A DNA stretch of 64,000 nt from Cetorhinus maximus (Eukaryota). Made by a program: the position numbers and the translations under genes. The stretch spans positions 58,280,001 through 58,344,000 of the forward strand of contig NC_135900.1 of assembly GCF_964194155.1 (NCBI RefSeq), given 5' to 3'. Each line of letters opens with the position of its first letter. Position 1 is the stretch's first letter. Below, one piece after another: positions 37,470 through 51,837 of the stretch. The notes beneath the pieces were generated by a model that did not search any database, was not told where the DNA came from, and saw nothing but the letters and a program-made list of their open reading frames with translations.

Positions 37470-39230
37470 TCATGTTGCCTTTAACTCACATTTGTGAGTA
37501 CTACGTCTTGGTGCTCCCCCTTCGCTGGCACCGGCATTGTAGACAGCCTGTTCATTCTGCTGTCTTTTTGGCTTTGATGACCTTGGTGGTTGCCCTCTGG
37601 CCAGTGGACCCTGTGCTGGCCCCACCTGGGAAAGAGCAGCCAGTGCCATGGCTGGCATCTCCCCCATCGCCGCAGCCTCATCAGATGCCACGATCTCTGG
37701 CACAGGGGCAGAGGAGCTGCTACCGTCATCCAGAACATCCTGAGAGGAGCCCGCAGAGACAACAAGCAGCTCGTGCGCCAACGTGAGGTCACCCTGGACC
37801 TCCCTGCTCACCATTGATGGACGGACACTTAGCTGGGATACTGGGTGCCTCATCTACCTCCCACCTAGACACTGACCACCTGAGGTCAGTGCCTGTGTGA
37901 GGGCTTGCAGGTCCGAGCACAACCCCAGGAATCCCTGATTCTGTTCCCGGAGCTGCATCTCCATGAGAGTCGCCACTCTCTCAATGGAGGAGGCAGTGCG
38001 CTTGGCCATGAGGGTCAACGCAGTGCTCACGCTCCGCATGGACACCTCCATAACGGAGACCATGGCACACAGACCCTCACGGATCTCCGCCAGATCCTCC
38101 CGTACATCTCGCTGGACATCCAGCATCTGCCGCCTAATGGACGCCTCCAGAGGCTCATCATCTGCCTTCGACTGAGCATCGGCCTGGTCCCCAGCAGTCC
38201 TCTGACTGCCAGCGCCCTCTCTACCTCTGTTTGCACCTCAAGCAAGTGTGAAGTGCCCTCACAAATGTGTACCGAGATACTAGATCTAATGCCCACCGTG
38301 GTGCTGGTATCTGTGCTGGTGCCTGCTTCAGAGAGTGGTTGTGATGCTGGTGTAAATGAAGCCAGGAGGTGGTCCTCCAGTGTCGGGGTGGCCCTTCGGG
38401 GTCTGCAGAGCAAACGCCTGCTGGCGAACCTAAAAGGGAGAACAAGGACATGTCATTAGTTAAAGTCATCACACTGTCACTGTGCATGCCTCACAGTGCC
38501 CTCGTTTTCCAATGATCAATGGAGACTCCAGGTTTGAGGCTCACATCAATGAAAAGACTGCACTAGAATGGTTGCACAAACCGAAAGTCTCACCTCTGCA
38601 ATGCACTCTTACCTGCACCCGCCCTCCCCTCTGCCTCTCATCGCCCAGTTACATGGGCCGCGTGCCAACTCTTAAGCTCCAGGGCATCTTGCTCATATCT
38701 GGACAGGTTTAGGAGGTTAGAGGGGCCTCTGCCGGTCCACGACCTTTCAATATTGTTGTGGCTGTCTTCTCCTGATTTGCCCACTCTGTACTTGCAGCTG
38801 CATTGCAGCCTGGCCAAACCCAGCTGAGGAACACCTGGCAGGGCACTTCCAGGTCATGACCCTCGAGCCGCAAGGCACTCAATCCAAGCAGCCAGGGCTT
38901 ACCTCCTTGGCCAGCTCCGGTGTCATTGACAGTTGGCACTCAGACTCTAGCGCCCCTGAGGTCCTCAGGGGTGACAGCCACACCTTAAAACTTCTGCACG
39001 CTGACCCATGTCAACATGGTCCCCTCCCTTCCTGAGTGCAGCAGGTCATTGAAGCACCTCCGGCGCTGGACCCAGGTGTGCCGTACCACATCATTACTGC
39101 AACCTGCTCCCATGCCCTCTTGACGAGGTGTGGTGGCCTCCTCCTCACATCCTTGGGGACAATGGTGTCCCTCCTGGCTGCCACCACCTCCAAGAGGACA
39201 GCTAGGCACTCATCAGAAAAGCAGAGGGCC
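37470..39230 (-). pseudogene. Harbinger second gene (Myb/SANT/MADF-like DNA-binding protein), decayed
   Basis: FSDECLAVLLEVVAARRDTI..AWEQVA..RHTWVQRRRCFNDL followed by a coiled-coil-like segment (37854-38126). Confidence 0.75.
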
Positions 39231-40110
39231 GAGTGTCCACCCTACCTGCCCTCCCGCCTGGCATATCCAGCTGCATTTGAATTCACAGTGAAAGTACAGG
39301 ATATGTCCTTCCATGGCAGCCTTACCAGGGGCTGCCTGGACCACTTTTATACCAGCTGCTAGGTCGCCATTGGACCAGGCGGCTGACAGGCCCCTGCCCC
39401 TGCTTGGCCCTTCTAGCCAGTGCGCAGCCGCGTTGCACGCTGGGTGGGCATTAATTGACCCGCCAGTGTGAAATTGCTGTCGGGGCCCGATCGTTGGCGG
39501 CGGACCATTTCCCCACCGCTCCCGGGCCTGCCTGCCCGACAACCTCAAAATTCTGGCCTATTAAAAAGGACAAAGAAGCACTTGAGAAAGTGCAACAAAA
39601 AAAATGCAAGATTGGCACCAGAGAAGAATTGAACAGGTTGGCACATTTTTCTGCAGAAAAGAGAAGACTTACAGGAGATATGGCGGCGATCCTAAAAATT
39701 ATGCATGGGTTGGACAGGATAGATAGGGAGAGAAGTTTTCACTTGTGGGAGAGTTCAAAACTAGAGACCATAACTGCAAGATAGTTACTAATAATTCAAT
39801 AGGGAAATAAGGAGAAATTCTTTCACTTGGAGAGAGGTTAGAATGTGGAACTGACTATGACAGGAAGTGGGTGAGGCAAATAGTTTAAGATGCTTTCAAA
39901 GACAAGTACATGAGAGAACAAAAGGGATAGAAAGATATGTTGAAAGGCTAAGTTGAGGTAGATGGAATGGGAGGAGAATTGATTGGAGTATTACCACCAG
40001 CAGAGACTAGTCAAGCTGTGTGGCCTGTTCCACTGTTGTTTATTTATTGTAACCATTTTCATCAATTCAGAATTGGGGTCCTCATTCACCTTGTGCCATT
40101 TCTGTTATAG

Positions 40111-40163
40111 ATTTCTATCACCCAGCCAAGAAAACAGACAAATAGTGGAATCAATCAGACAAG
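40111..40163 (+). CDS. ASB15: ASB15 coding exon 2
   Basis: ttatag|(R)FLSPSQENRQIVESIRQ(G)|gtacag; 53 nt, phases fit. Confidence 0.92.
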
Positions 40164-40336
40164 GTACAGTGTTACAGCGTCTGACCTGCACGCCATGTGA
40201 TTTGTCGTGTTGTAGTTCTTAATAATATGAACATATGAATTTGGAGCAGGAATAGGCCATTTGGCCCCTTAAGCCTGCTCTGCCATTCAATAAGATCATG
40301 ACTAACAGTAAAAGCTTTTCCATTCATTTTTCCCAG

Positions 40337-40468
40337 GAGAAGTCTTTGCTCTACAACAGTTGATTAAACATAAATTTGCTTTCGATGAAGCAGATGAGAA
40401 GGGATGGTTTCCACTGCATGAAGCTGCTGTCCAGCCCATTCAACAAGTGCTTGAGGTTGTACTGGACT
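40337..40468 (+). CDS. ASB15: ASB15 coding exon 3
   Basis: tcccag|[43 protein letters not shown]|gtgagt; 132 nt. Confidence 0.95.
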
Positions 40469-41617
40469 GTGAGTTGACATTAGATACCAGGCCATAATGT
40501 GGTGGAACATTATGAATCTTTTTCTATTTAAAATAAAATACATTACTCACCACACCGTTCCCCCCACCCGCCCCGGATGTTGAGGCCAACTACCATACCG
40601 ACATTGAGTCCAAAGCACAGAAACAGACCATTCAGCTCAGCTGGTCTGTGCCAATGTCTAAGATCCACGTGAGCCTCCTCCCATCCTTCTTCATCTAATC
40701 CAATCAGCATGACCTCCGATCCCCTTCTCCCTCATGTGCTTATCTAGCTTCCCTTTAATCAGTGGTATTCACCTCAACTGCTCATTATGGATTAACAGCT
40801 GCCCTGGTTGCAATAAATGGTGGAATTTTCCTTGCCCATTGGCGTCAGGCATTATGGCGGGCTTGAGCAGATAATATGGCAGGAAGGCCAAAAATCGGTT
40901 TCACCCCTTGTGAAACCACTTTGCGATGGTCTGCTCCGCCTGTCAATGGCGGCTGCTTTTCCTGCCACTGGACATCGGGAACTTCATTTTAATACATCTG
41001 CATACCATTATAAGCCCTGTTCGCCGGAATCAGACCCCCACATCAAATTTACCACCTAGATCAACGGAAAAACACCAGTGCAGAACATGTCTTGACAAGT
41101 GTGACGTACAGAAATCAGAACTTACCATCATCCTCTTTTTGCACTGGGTGGCTGTCCTTTATTTCCCACCTGCTACTGCACTTAGTGCGAACCTGGGACG
41201 ATTCCACCCAAAATCAATCAACATGAAAAAGAATCAAACTTGGGATGCCCCTGGACGTATGGTTTAGGGATCATATCCTACCTCTGGAAGAACAATAGGA
41301 TTTTGATTGAAATGTGACATTTTCCAGGCATTGGGATATCGTTATATTGCACCTTTAATTGCATATTTCTGAAATTGTCACCTCATCAATTTGCTGTATC
41401 ACAAATGCTGTGATGTCTTTTTCACTGGAATCACAAAATCACTGCCCGACCTTGGTATTTGAGTCTATTCTGTGAGTAGCCTTTTGTACTACATTGGTTC
41501 CCACTCTCAAGCCAATATGAGCCTATATTCATCGTTATTAATGGGAAGTATGGTTGGATAAAAACGCAGATCAGTGTATAAATTTATCCATTTATTTTTC
41601 TAAATTGTTAATTGCAG

Positions 41618-41776
41618 CATCTTATAAAACAATTTGGCAACAGAGGACTGAAGCTGGGGATACCCCACTTACTTTGGCTGCTACAGCTGGGATATTAGGG
41701 AATGTGCAAGCTCTTTTGGAGAAGCGGATCTGTCCCAATGTCACTAACAACAGGGGAGAAACACCACTATTAATTG
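41618..41776 (+). CDS. ASB15: ASB15 coding exon 4
   Basis: ttgcag|SYKTIWQQRTEAGDTPLTLAA..NNRGETPLLI|gtaagt; 159 nt. Confidence 0.95.
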
Positions 41777-44700
41777 GTAAGTAGATTTTTTTAACCTTTT
41801 GAATGTTAGTTTGCTTTTCCCCATCCCCTCCTTTCCTGTCTTCTTGCTGGGGTATGGACTAAATGCTAGGAGAGGGGCACTTCAAACTCAAACTGATTGT
41901 GTTCTCACCTAACATCCGCACATGTGCATTTCTAGCAGAGCTGCTGATTTACCTTTCGATTAAAAACCAGCCAGAAATGGGTGGAGCCTTATTAATGTTT
42001 GCAAATTGGGAGGCAAAAAACACAGTCATTCTATTCTTTGATTGAAGGTCGATAGGAACTCCATAAAAAAAGTGCATATGGTCATTTACATTGTTTCAAC
42101 AGAACTTCCAGCCAATCTTCTGTCAAAATTAGATCAGGAGAAGCCCCATGAAATTCTAGATGGAAATAGGGAACCGACATTCCTAAAACATTTCCATTAA
42201 GGCTAAGTGGGTTTACAAAGTTCCTAGGGACCCAGTTGACCCTGGATTTTGTGAACGTTTTATAAAGCAGGTTTGACATGACACTGGACTTATACTCAAT
42301 GTAATGTCATGCCAAAATGAATTGAGACTACTCCTTTCTGTGATTGGGCTCTGGCACTTGAGTCACACAGACAGTATGGGCCTACATTCTCTTCACACCA
42401 GTGTTAAACTTGCACTGCAAATACATTCTTATGTGAATAATTTATTTCTAATTTTAAGGCCAATCTATTTATCGAACAAAAAGTTATATTTAACAACCAA
42501 TGTCAGTACAGATCATGATGGTTATGCAGAACAATCGCGTCTTATGACGTGTGATAACATTCACCCAAGAAAAATAACAAATAGATCATTATTATGGCTT
42601 TATCCAGAACAAATTTGCAGTTGATTATAATTCAAATTTTCTGTCCCAGGCATATATATACTAAAATAATGCCTTTAGCAATTGCTCTGCCTGAAATTTG
42701 TTCCATCTGTTATACCATTTGAAATCCCATGGGATTTAAATGCAGCTGCTAATCTTTGAATAGACACCCTGTTCTATAGATGCACAGTGTTGCATTATTG
42801 CACTTGTCCACATGAGAAAGTGTTATTGAACAACTTTGGCTGAGGGATCATAAACTATTAACATATTATGAATACAGTCTAAAATATGACAACTGTAAGA
42901 GACTTACAACTGCAGAACAATAACAGCAGTGTAAAGGACAGTGTTCCAGCCTCATTCTGAAGTCTGCCACAATTATTACAAAGTGCAGTTAAAAGGGTTA
43001 CTTTAGTGGGGGGTTATCTGCCTGGTTTGAATTCTGGGAAACCCTGTTCTGAAGACTCAAGTCTTGAACTTCTGGGAATGGAATAATTTGCAGTGCAAAT
43101 TCACAAAAACTACATATAACATTGCTGAAAGTTTTTATATTTGATTTTGTTTTTATTTTCATATTGGTCTTAAAACAAATGTAATGGAACTGGTCGGACG
43201 GCATCAGTAATGCAAATCACTCAGCACACCATTGCTTGATTCTCTTTGTGGAAATAGTTTTGTCGGATATTTCAGTTTGCAATTATCTATCATTAAATGG
43301 TCGTTGTGCTGCTGTCTGCCTCTTTGTTTTCTTTAAGGTGTATATCATGGAGGATAGTGGAAAGCTATTTAGTGGACTACAAGGCATTAAACTCATTGAG
43401 GGAATACTGTGGCACCATGCAATGTAAATATGAAGCTCAAACATGATTGAAAATGGAACTGCATTGGAAGTTACACATCAAACCATCCACTAATCGTTAT
43501 ATGGCATCCATTGTCTCAACTAATTCCTTGAAAACTCCTTTTTTTCCAATGCACCAGTCTCTTCCGTATTGCAGGAAATGCTCAAGTGCTGTGTTGCAGC
43601 ACCCAAAGGGTGACTTGAATCTTTAAGGCTGAACCAGAAGCCTTGCTAAGTGTCTGAAGTGGAAGCGTTACCATCCTTCCTCCCTAACAGGTGACAGCAG
43701 GATGAGTTGTTGGTCGTGAAATGTATTTTTGAGACCCTGCATAGTCTACAGAAAAATATGGATCATAACTTACAGATTTATTATTCATGTAATTACTGAT
43801 TGGAACAGGTTCTGCAGAGAGTTTGGGGAATTGGAAAATTCTTTTTTTCAGGATAAATTTCCTGCCTGGTGGAGTGGAGCCTGGAACGACAAAGGTCATT
43901 CTTTTTGCTCGCTGTTCTAACTCATAACTCTTCAATCAATGTTTTCTCACTTATTTATATAATCATTCTTAAAACCTCGTATTTACACTGGAATCACCAT
44001 AAGTGGTAGAGATCACTAAGAGTGAATTTGTAAATCACCCAATAGAGGGCGATCTGTTACTGTATGTTTCAATCTCAAGCCTGAGTTTATGGATATCACA
44101 GCCCCATATAAGAAATAGAACTATCTCATTATCTCATAGCGTACATCATTGGCAAGCCCTCAATACGCAAGTAAGATTGTTTCTCAGTATAACATTTGAG
44201 CTTTAAGATTTGCCATGTCTTTGAATTATTTAGATTATTTAGAGCAACAGACATTACCACAAAGCTAGCTAACACATGAAAAACAAATTGATGGTACTCC
44301 AGCTTCTCCCTAGTCAAGAAGCATCGATTGAATAGTTCTAGAGAGAATGTAGACTATGTATACCTATTTCATAAAGTATAAAATGCAACATTGGCAAGCA
44401 TAGAATATCATACTGGAAATGAGGCCCTGTATTGGCTATATTCAGTCTTGTACTAAAAGGACTGAGATGTATAAGATTATTCCACTGCACATCTTGAAAT
44501 CCTTGTCAAAGGGGAGGTTAAGGCACAGTTAAGTGCTGTCACCACACAAAGTACTCAACCAGAATATTTGGGATTGGCATGAGCATTCACTGCTCCCTTA
44601 CAGACTGTGCTTATGGAGAGTGTGCTTTTCAAATCTATGAAAAATTATTTAAGGGGGATTATATGTTACATGATAAAAGATGAATAATTGCCTCAATGTT

Positions 44701-45571
44701 GACTGGGACAAGTTTTGTGAGCAAGATGGGGAAAAGTTTTGGTCTGTGCAATTTTAACAGCACAGCATACGTCTTTTTTTCCAGCACGTTCACCACCCAG
44801 AAGCCAACCTGATTCCCAGGCTTGGCTCCCTGTTGTATGGGGAGAATCTGGAGGAGGCCGCAGACCAGGAGGAAGTAGAGAAACTCCAGCTGAGTTAGTG
44901 GGAGAATGGTGTGGGGAGTGAGAGGCTGCCCAGTCCTTAGGGTGGTTGGTGATCCTGGAACAGGGAAGGGTGGTCACAGAGAGCACAGCTCAGTGGTGGT
45001 CAGGAATTCAGGTAAGCTTGGTGTGCTGGGAGGGAGGACTCCTGCTCCACCTGGTGTACAAAACAGTCCTATCCTCCCTTCAGCTGCCTGGTTTCCAGAT
45101 GCATGGGAAAACCAGCCAACCAGGATTAAACCAAAACAATGGGTTAAATCAAAGACATGCAGCCTAATTATAATGTATGATTGGCCAAGCCATCTCGTCA
45201 GAGCAGGTTGGCAGCAGTCTCACCATCCTGCCTCCATTAAAATCTGAAAGCGGGCAATTTGGAGGCAGTTTCAAGATTCTTTTAAAGCTTTCACTCCTCA
45301 CCTGACCCAAAGCAACCCATTTTTGGGATCTAAACTTCTCCCCAATGTCTCTGAGTGTGTTAGAGCATCTTGAGCTTCCGATTACCATCATTAACCTTGG
45401 GCTTTGTTGTCACTATTTCTGATATCATCAAGCCCCATTGAAATGTGAAGTGACCCTGCACTAACTGTTCATCCATTAGGAATCTTCTACATATTTATTC
45501 AGTTTCAATCAGTATTTCAAAAAAAAAGTTTACATTTCTTCTAGTTTTTCTGTCTGCTGTTTATTTTTAAG

Positions 45572-45817
45572 CTGTGAGGAAGAATTCCCTTGAAATGGTA
45601 TCAGTGCTGCTACAACATGGGGCACTCATAAACCGGCCCTGTGTTAGAAGATGGACGGCAATGCATGAAGCAGCCAAACAAGGGCATGATGAGATGCTGG
45701 CACTCCTGCTGAGAAACAATGGGAGCGTTAATCAGAAGGATGGGTACGGAATAACTCCCGTTGCTATTGCTGCTACATTTGGACACTGCAGTGTAATGGA
45801 GCATCTAATTCATAAAG
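45572..45817 (+). CDS. ASB15: ASB15 coding exon 5
   Basis: tttaag|VRKNSLEMV..RWTAMHEAAKQG..GHCSVMEHLIHK|gtacca; 246 nt. Confidence 0.95.
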
Positions 45818-46350
45818 GTACCATAAGAAAATGTCACTTGCATTAATATGGCTTACAGAAGAACATAAGGAACAGGAGTTGGCCATTCATCCCCTTGAGC
45901 TTGCACTGCCACTCAGTAAGATCATGGTGGATTTTCTACATCCACTCCACCTTCCCGCTCTATCCCCATATCCTTTGATTGCCTTAGTATCTAAAAATGT
46001 ATCGATCTGTCTTAAAATATGCTCAAGAAACCGTGCATCCACAAACCTCTGAGGTAGAGAAAACCTAAACCCACAAACCTCTGAATGATGGAATTTCCCC
46101 TCACCTCAGTCCTAAATGGTTGACCCCTTATCCTGAAACCAAGACTCCAGCCTGAAGAAACAAACTCTCAGCATCTATCCTGTCGCACTCTCTTAGAGTT
46201 TCAATGAGATCATCTCTCATTCTTCTAAACTCCAGAGAATATAGGCTCAATTGCTCTTTATATTCGTGGAATCAATCTAGTGAACCTGCAGGATGTGTGA
46301 CTTTTATTCAGGTTGCTTATTTCAGCTGGAATGCCTTATTTTGCCTGCAG

Positions 46351-46522
46351 GGGGTGATGTGCATGCTCAAGCGGATGATGGCGCCTCTGTATTGTTTGAA
46401 GCAGCTGAAGGTGGGAATCCAGATTGTATCACCATCCTGCTGGAGTATGGAGCCAATCCCAATGAACCAGACAACTCAGGCCACCTTCCAATCCACAGGG
46501 CGGCACAGGAGGGACATTACTT
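46351..46522 (+). CDS. ASB15: ASB15 coding exon 6
   Basis: ctgcag|[32 protein letters not shown]|gtgagt; 172 nt. Confidence 0.96.
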
Positions 46523-47208
46523 GTGAGTAATAGAGCATCTCATTAAAGCACATGCACTGAAACCAATACCCTGCTTTGGCTCAGCTGGTTGACAGTTATT
46601 ATGAAATCTTGGTGGGTCTTTGCTCTGATGGCTCAATGAGTTTGTTCAGTGAGTAGCTAAACCATACAGATTAGGAAGATTCCAGGTTTGGTCTGTGCTG
46701 GGTTAACTAGGTGGAGGCCCTATTTGGCCTCTGCTCCCTTGGGTTAAGGAGCTGTAATTTAGCACAATCTCCCACTCTTGGTCACTAACCAATCACTCCT
46801 GCTGCAAATGCATTTGTTGAGTGAAGTCAGTGCTGAGCTTGACTTGATGCCCTATAATTGAGTAGCTTGTTGAAACCCACTATCAAAGCTTACACATGAT
46901 GACTGGTCACTGGGGCAAGTATCATAAGAAGAACACAAAATCATACTGCAGCTAGGTGACACTACTCAGGAGAGGAGAGAGGGGAGAAACTGACAAAGAG
47001 AAGCTAAGTGCATATATTAATGAGCAAAGTGAAAAAAACTGTATCACTGATGGATGACATTGACGAGTAAAGTGTTCGTAGAGAACGGTTGTTTAATAAA
47101 AAGAATTTCACATTTGGGATAGGGAAATTTATTATACAGTTCCTTAGATCAGATCATTTTTCTTCTTACTCCATTCATGTTTGATGAAACTGCTTTTGAT
47201 TTTTGATC

Positions 47209-48096
47209 TGTTCTGGCATAGCCGATGGTAAATGCTGAGTTGTTCAAACCCCAGAGGGAAACTTGAAACAGCTACCACAACTAATTTCGCAATTTGTATG
47301 TTTCGAGATGCGGGCTTTGAATTCAGTAGTAATAAGACCACCAAGTCTTATAGGTTTTTACAAAACTAGATTAAACATTTATTAACAAAAAAATGATTTT
47401 TTTAAGCACATACATATGTCTACAAATTACTACTATAATAACTTCTAAATCCCCTAATGAATCTGACTCCCAGCTACACTTCCGTTAAGGCAACAGTAAG
47501 ACACATAGATTTTAAAAGGCCCAGGCAAAGAAACATGATATACCCTGAACAATCCAATTCAAAGTGAGTTTTCTTAACTTCAGTTCGCTGTAGACAGCAG
47601 CTTGAGGCTTAGATGCTGAAGGCGTTTCACTGTTGTTAGATCTTAGAATTCCCTGTCTTTACACACAGCCTTCTCTCCTTTAAATATATTTTCCCCTTTG
47701 AATGAAAATTCCCATTGTTTCACTATGTCTTTGGACTTTACTTCCCTGATCATAAAAATCTCTCATGGTACTAATTTTACCAGTAATCATTGGGAAGAAT
47801 AAACACACTGTTTCTGAACTTCACCTGGCTAGGTGACACATTTCACCCCTCCTTTGAAAACAATCTAGTCTAGTTTATTTAAAAATGCAAATGTCCTTTT
47901 ACACCTTACATTCTAAACTTCCCCCATACCTACTTAATATTTCAAACCTAGCTTATCTCCCAAAACACCAAAGCCTTCAGATCAGTTGCCTTCAATCCAA
48001 TTAAGTCTCACACACACACAGACACATGCAGACACACATGCAGACACAGATACCATTATTTTACAATACCAATAACAGTTTTATATCTTCATGACA
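47209..48096. mobile_element. Solo LTR (888 bp)
   Basis: tgttctgg...tcatgaca termini with a perfect 4-bp TSD GATC; same family as 9858-10756. Confidence 0.9.
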
Positions 48097-48976
48097 GATC
48101 TAGAGATGAACCAGAGTCTACTTGCACCATTTTTGATTCAATAATATCATATAATTTCTCTAATTATGTGATGGAAAAACAGAATAAAACAATTTGTCAA
48201 ACTCTTTTTTTAGTAAAAATATCATACATTGTATTTGCTTGGATGTTGGTTCATATATCCTTAATGTGTACCTTCAAAGAAGTGCTGTGAATCAAAGTTA
48301 AGAATCAAGCTAATTTGATCACCAGATTTTATCTGAGACTGTGAATCATTTGGCAGAAGGCTGCTCAGCAGGCCAGGAGCAGCTATGAATTGAGAGCAGC
48401 CAAGGACATCAGAGTGGAGGTCAGCTTGTACATCTATCACTAATCCTTTGAGAAATAATAATCATGAGTAGCATACAGCTATTTATATCTCCATTACAGT
48501 GCATTACATGTTTCACATTAAAAAGGAAATTGAGCAACAAAAGGTTTAGAATTCTTCCCTCCCGACACTTTGGGGATAATTTTAACTAAACCCACTGGGC
48601 ACAATGTCCGCAGGATTGAGTTGGATATTGGTTTTATATCTCACCCAATATTGCTTCATTGACTTCAATACAGAGCAAAATCAGACAGCATCCCACTCAA
48701 TCCCATTAGCTTCCTAACTGATATGTTAGGTTAAAATCTCTTCCATAGTACTTGACGATAAAAGAGTGAGGTTTTGAGTCAGGAGTTGATGGCTGTGGAC
48801 TCCCTGATCTATTGGTCTCAATGGGTTTGAAGATCTGTCATTAACCCTTTGCTCATCCCACTATGTGAAGCATCACACCGGGAAAAAAAACTTGAGACAG
48901 GGTCAAGCACTGTTGGCACAATAATCTTTCATCACAGCTCATCGTCACCAATAATACCAACCCACTTTTTTGTGTG

Positions 48977-50737
48977 TGTTATGATCCTGGACCAGAATCC
49001 CACACCCCAACCCTCCCCCACCCAAGTTTTTTGATATGACCCAGTTAGGGACCAGTAATTTTTTGTTTAAAATAGACAAAGTTTGAGATCCAAGACACTT
49101 GCTAAGAGAATAAAGCCACAAGATTCCATGGTTTTTGAACAAACAAAATAAACTTTACTATAGAAGTCAGAAAGATAAAACAATTTACAATATCTATCTT
49201 ACATTCTAACATTCAGGGTTAATATGAGGTACATGTAAATTAACAGACAGACTGTGGGCGAACACACTACACTGCACAATAAATGTCAGATGTGACCAAA
49301 ACAGATCCCACAGATTTCTCAGTAACCCACCCAGATGTCAGTAAAAATTGTGAGTCAACCAATCTCATTGGGGAGAATTTTCTCCCTGTCGGGGCGGCTG
49401 AGTGGGAACGGGTGTGGGTGGGCGCACAGCCAATCGCCGCCCGTGATCGGCTATGTGCCGCCATTTTGGACCACCCAGCATGACGTGCACCCGGAAACGC
49501 TGAGCCCTCCCTGTACGGAGGAGTAGGCTGAGCCGGGGCCTGTGCGAAAGAGCGCAGAAATCTTCCTGAGGCATAGAGCTGCCTCAAGGAGATTAGTTTG
49601 AATTTGAAAAATTTAAATAAAGAAAAATATAATTTTTAAGACTTGTCCCCTCATGTGACAGTACCAAATGAGCTGAGACATGTCTATGAATTTTATTAAA
49701 ATTTTTATTAAACTTTAAAAACCTGCATGAAACGTCATCCCGCCCGTGGATGAGGCTTCATGATAAATGCGAAGGCCGCCTGGGCTCTTCACCTGCCCAC
49801 CAACCTTAGGGTTGGACGGCAGCTCTGTTAATTAGTTTAATTTTTTATTTAAATGGCCTTAATGGGCCTTTGACAGTCCGGCGGGCGCACAGCCGACTCC
49901 GGTGCGCGCCCGCCGAACTGAAGATCTGAATGACTCGCAGTGACGTCGGGATGCACGCCCAACGTAACCGTGCATCATTTTATGAGTTGGCAAGTGGGGC
50001 CTGCCCCCGCAAGCCGACCCGAAAATTCTGGCCATTGAAACTCTGACTCTTTCACAAGGGATTCCAGTCTTTATTTTTAAAGATCTGGCCTTAGAATTCT
50101 GCCTAAAAGTCATTCTGACTCAGACTGCTTCAATGACTGTGAGCCTCACAGGGATCTGATCTCATCTCCTGGGACTCCATTCTCCTGGATTCCCAAGTCT
50201 ACACTCCAGCACCAACTCACAAGCACAGTTTCAGCTGTTCACCATACTGAGCAGAATACTGCTCCAAAGGGTTACCTTTGCCCTTACGGCCTGGAATCAG
50301 GTAGCCTGGAATCAGCAAAATTCCGCTGCCCTCTCAGATCTCAGGGCATCTCCCAAGCCCTCATTACTTAAAGCCTGCATATCGCAGCACTTTTACTACT
50401 TGGAGACCCTCTTTGCTCTTCTCCCCGGTGGTTCCTACTGATGGTATCCTCCTCCCCGTGGCTCCTTCCCCGGTTCTCTCTCTTTAACTGGGACCTCTCT
50501 TGGGATCTCATTTTGGTTCCGTCTTTGTGACTTCTCCATCCCCTCTCCCTGTCCCTTGATGTGGTGCCCTGCTCCTGGGTCACATGATCTTTTTTTCCCT
50601 TTCTTCACGCAGGCGCACTGGGCCCTTGCCTTCAGCCTGAAGAATTACAAATGTGCATGCCGCTCCCATTCCGCGCATGAACGCAAACTCGTAGTTCCCA
50701 ACCTCTGCCCAACAAGGTAAGTTTGGATCTCGTAACA
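48977..50737. mobile_element. Solo LTR of another family, with a nested MITE
   Basis: tgttatga...tcgtaaca termini; flanks tgtg/tatg. Confidence 0.7.
49370..50033. mobile_element. Harbinger-derived MITE, copy 2
   Basis: ggggagaatttt / aaaattctggcc; TSD ATT. Confidence 0.88.
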
Positions 50738-51039
50738 TATGATTTGCATATTGCAAAGAGAAGAAAATAAGGCAACAGAAACCTCAACCCTTTGATATAT
50801 CTAAGAATGGATTTCTGAACATAATCATAAGACAGTAATCGCATCAAATGGCGCCAGGTGATCTAGCTTGTGTGTTTATATTTGTCACCTGATCTCTAAG
50901 TTAACATTATAATCTTCATATTATACTAAAGTGTCCTTTTTAAAAAGTATCTATTGTCCCTTTTGACAGATGTTTTATTTGTTTTGGGGTGAATTTCTGT
51001 TCAAACAGTGACTATTAAAGGGACATGGACTGTTCATTT

Positions 51040-51700
51040 GATGCATGTTACTGGTGAGCAATAATGAAATAATTGATGTAGCATTTCAGACCAGCAAAAC
51101 AATTAAAAATGCTATTAAAGTACTGAGATTTATTTCTAGGGGCATAGAATCTAAAAAAAGTGAAGTTATATTAAACTTGTGTAGAACCCTGGTCAGGTCA
51201 CATTTAGGGTACTGTGCACAGTACTGGTCGGTATTCTGTAAGGAAAAGGACATAAAAGCACTGGAGTGCAAAAGAGATTTTCAAGAATGGTACCAGGACT
51301 GAGAGATTACTGCTATCAGGAAATATTATAGATGTTGGGCTTTTTTTCTTTAGAGGAGACATGATGGCAATCTTAAAACTAAGAATGGGTTGGACAGAGT
51401 AGATATGGAGAGAATGTTTCTGCTTGTGGGAGAATCGAAAACTAGGGATCATAAATACAAGATAGTTACTAATAAATCCAATAGGGAAATAAGGAGAAAT
51501 TTCTTTACTCAGAGAGTGGGTAAAATGCAGAACTCACTATCACAGGAAATTGTTGAGTAAATATATTAGACACTTTCACAGGGAAACTAGACTTATCTGA
51601 GAGAAAGGGGAACAGAAAGGCTGAAATGAGTTTGATGGAACAGGAGACACGTATGGAGTATAAACACCAGCACAGAGTCATTTCGGCTGTATATTCTATC
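51040..51700 (+). mobile_element. CR1 LINE 3' fragment
   Basis: LNLCRTLVRSHLGYCAQYWS..KDIKALE. Confidence 0.8.
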
Positions 51701-51837
51701 CAATCTGTATATCACTGCAGTCAACTATCAGAGAACTCCATTGATATTGGAAAGGTTAATTCCTGAATTCTTTCTGCAAAGATCTAATGTTAGTTCATCT
51801 GTAAATTTGTGTTTGATGCTATATTTTTTATCTGCAG

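Larger units (their letters stand above)
35140..39558. mobile_element. Near full-length decayed PIF/Harbinger transposon
   Basis: TIRs aggcagaatttt / aaaattctggcc; TSD TAT on both sides; two convergent genes. Confidence 0.92.
34590..40040 (+). mobile_element. CR1 LINE 3' fragment split by a Harbinger insertion
   Basis: ...gttctggtttccaagctat and taaaaaggacaaagaagcacttgagaaagtgcaa join into the CR1-type motif FWFPSY.KDKEALEKVQ. Confidence 0.8.
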
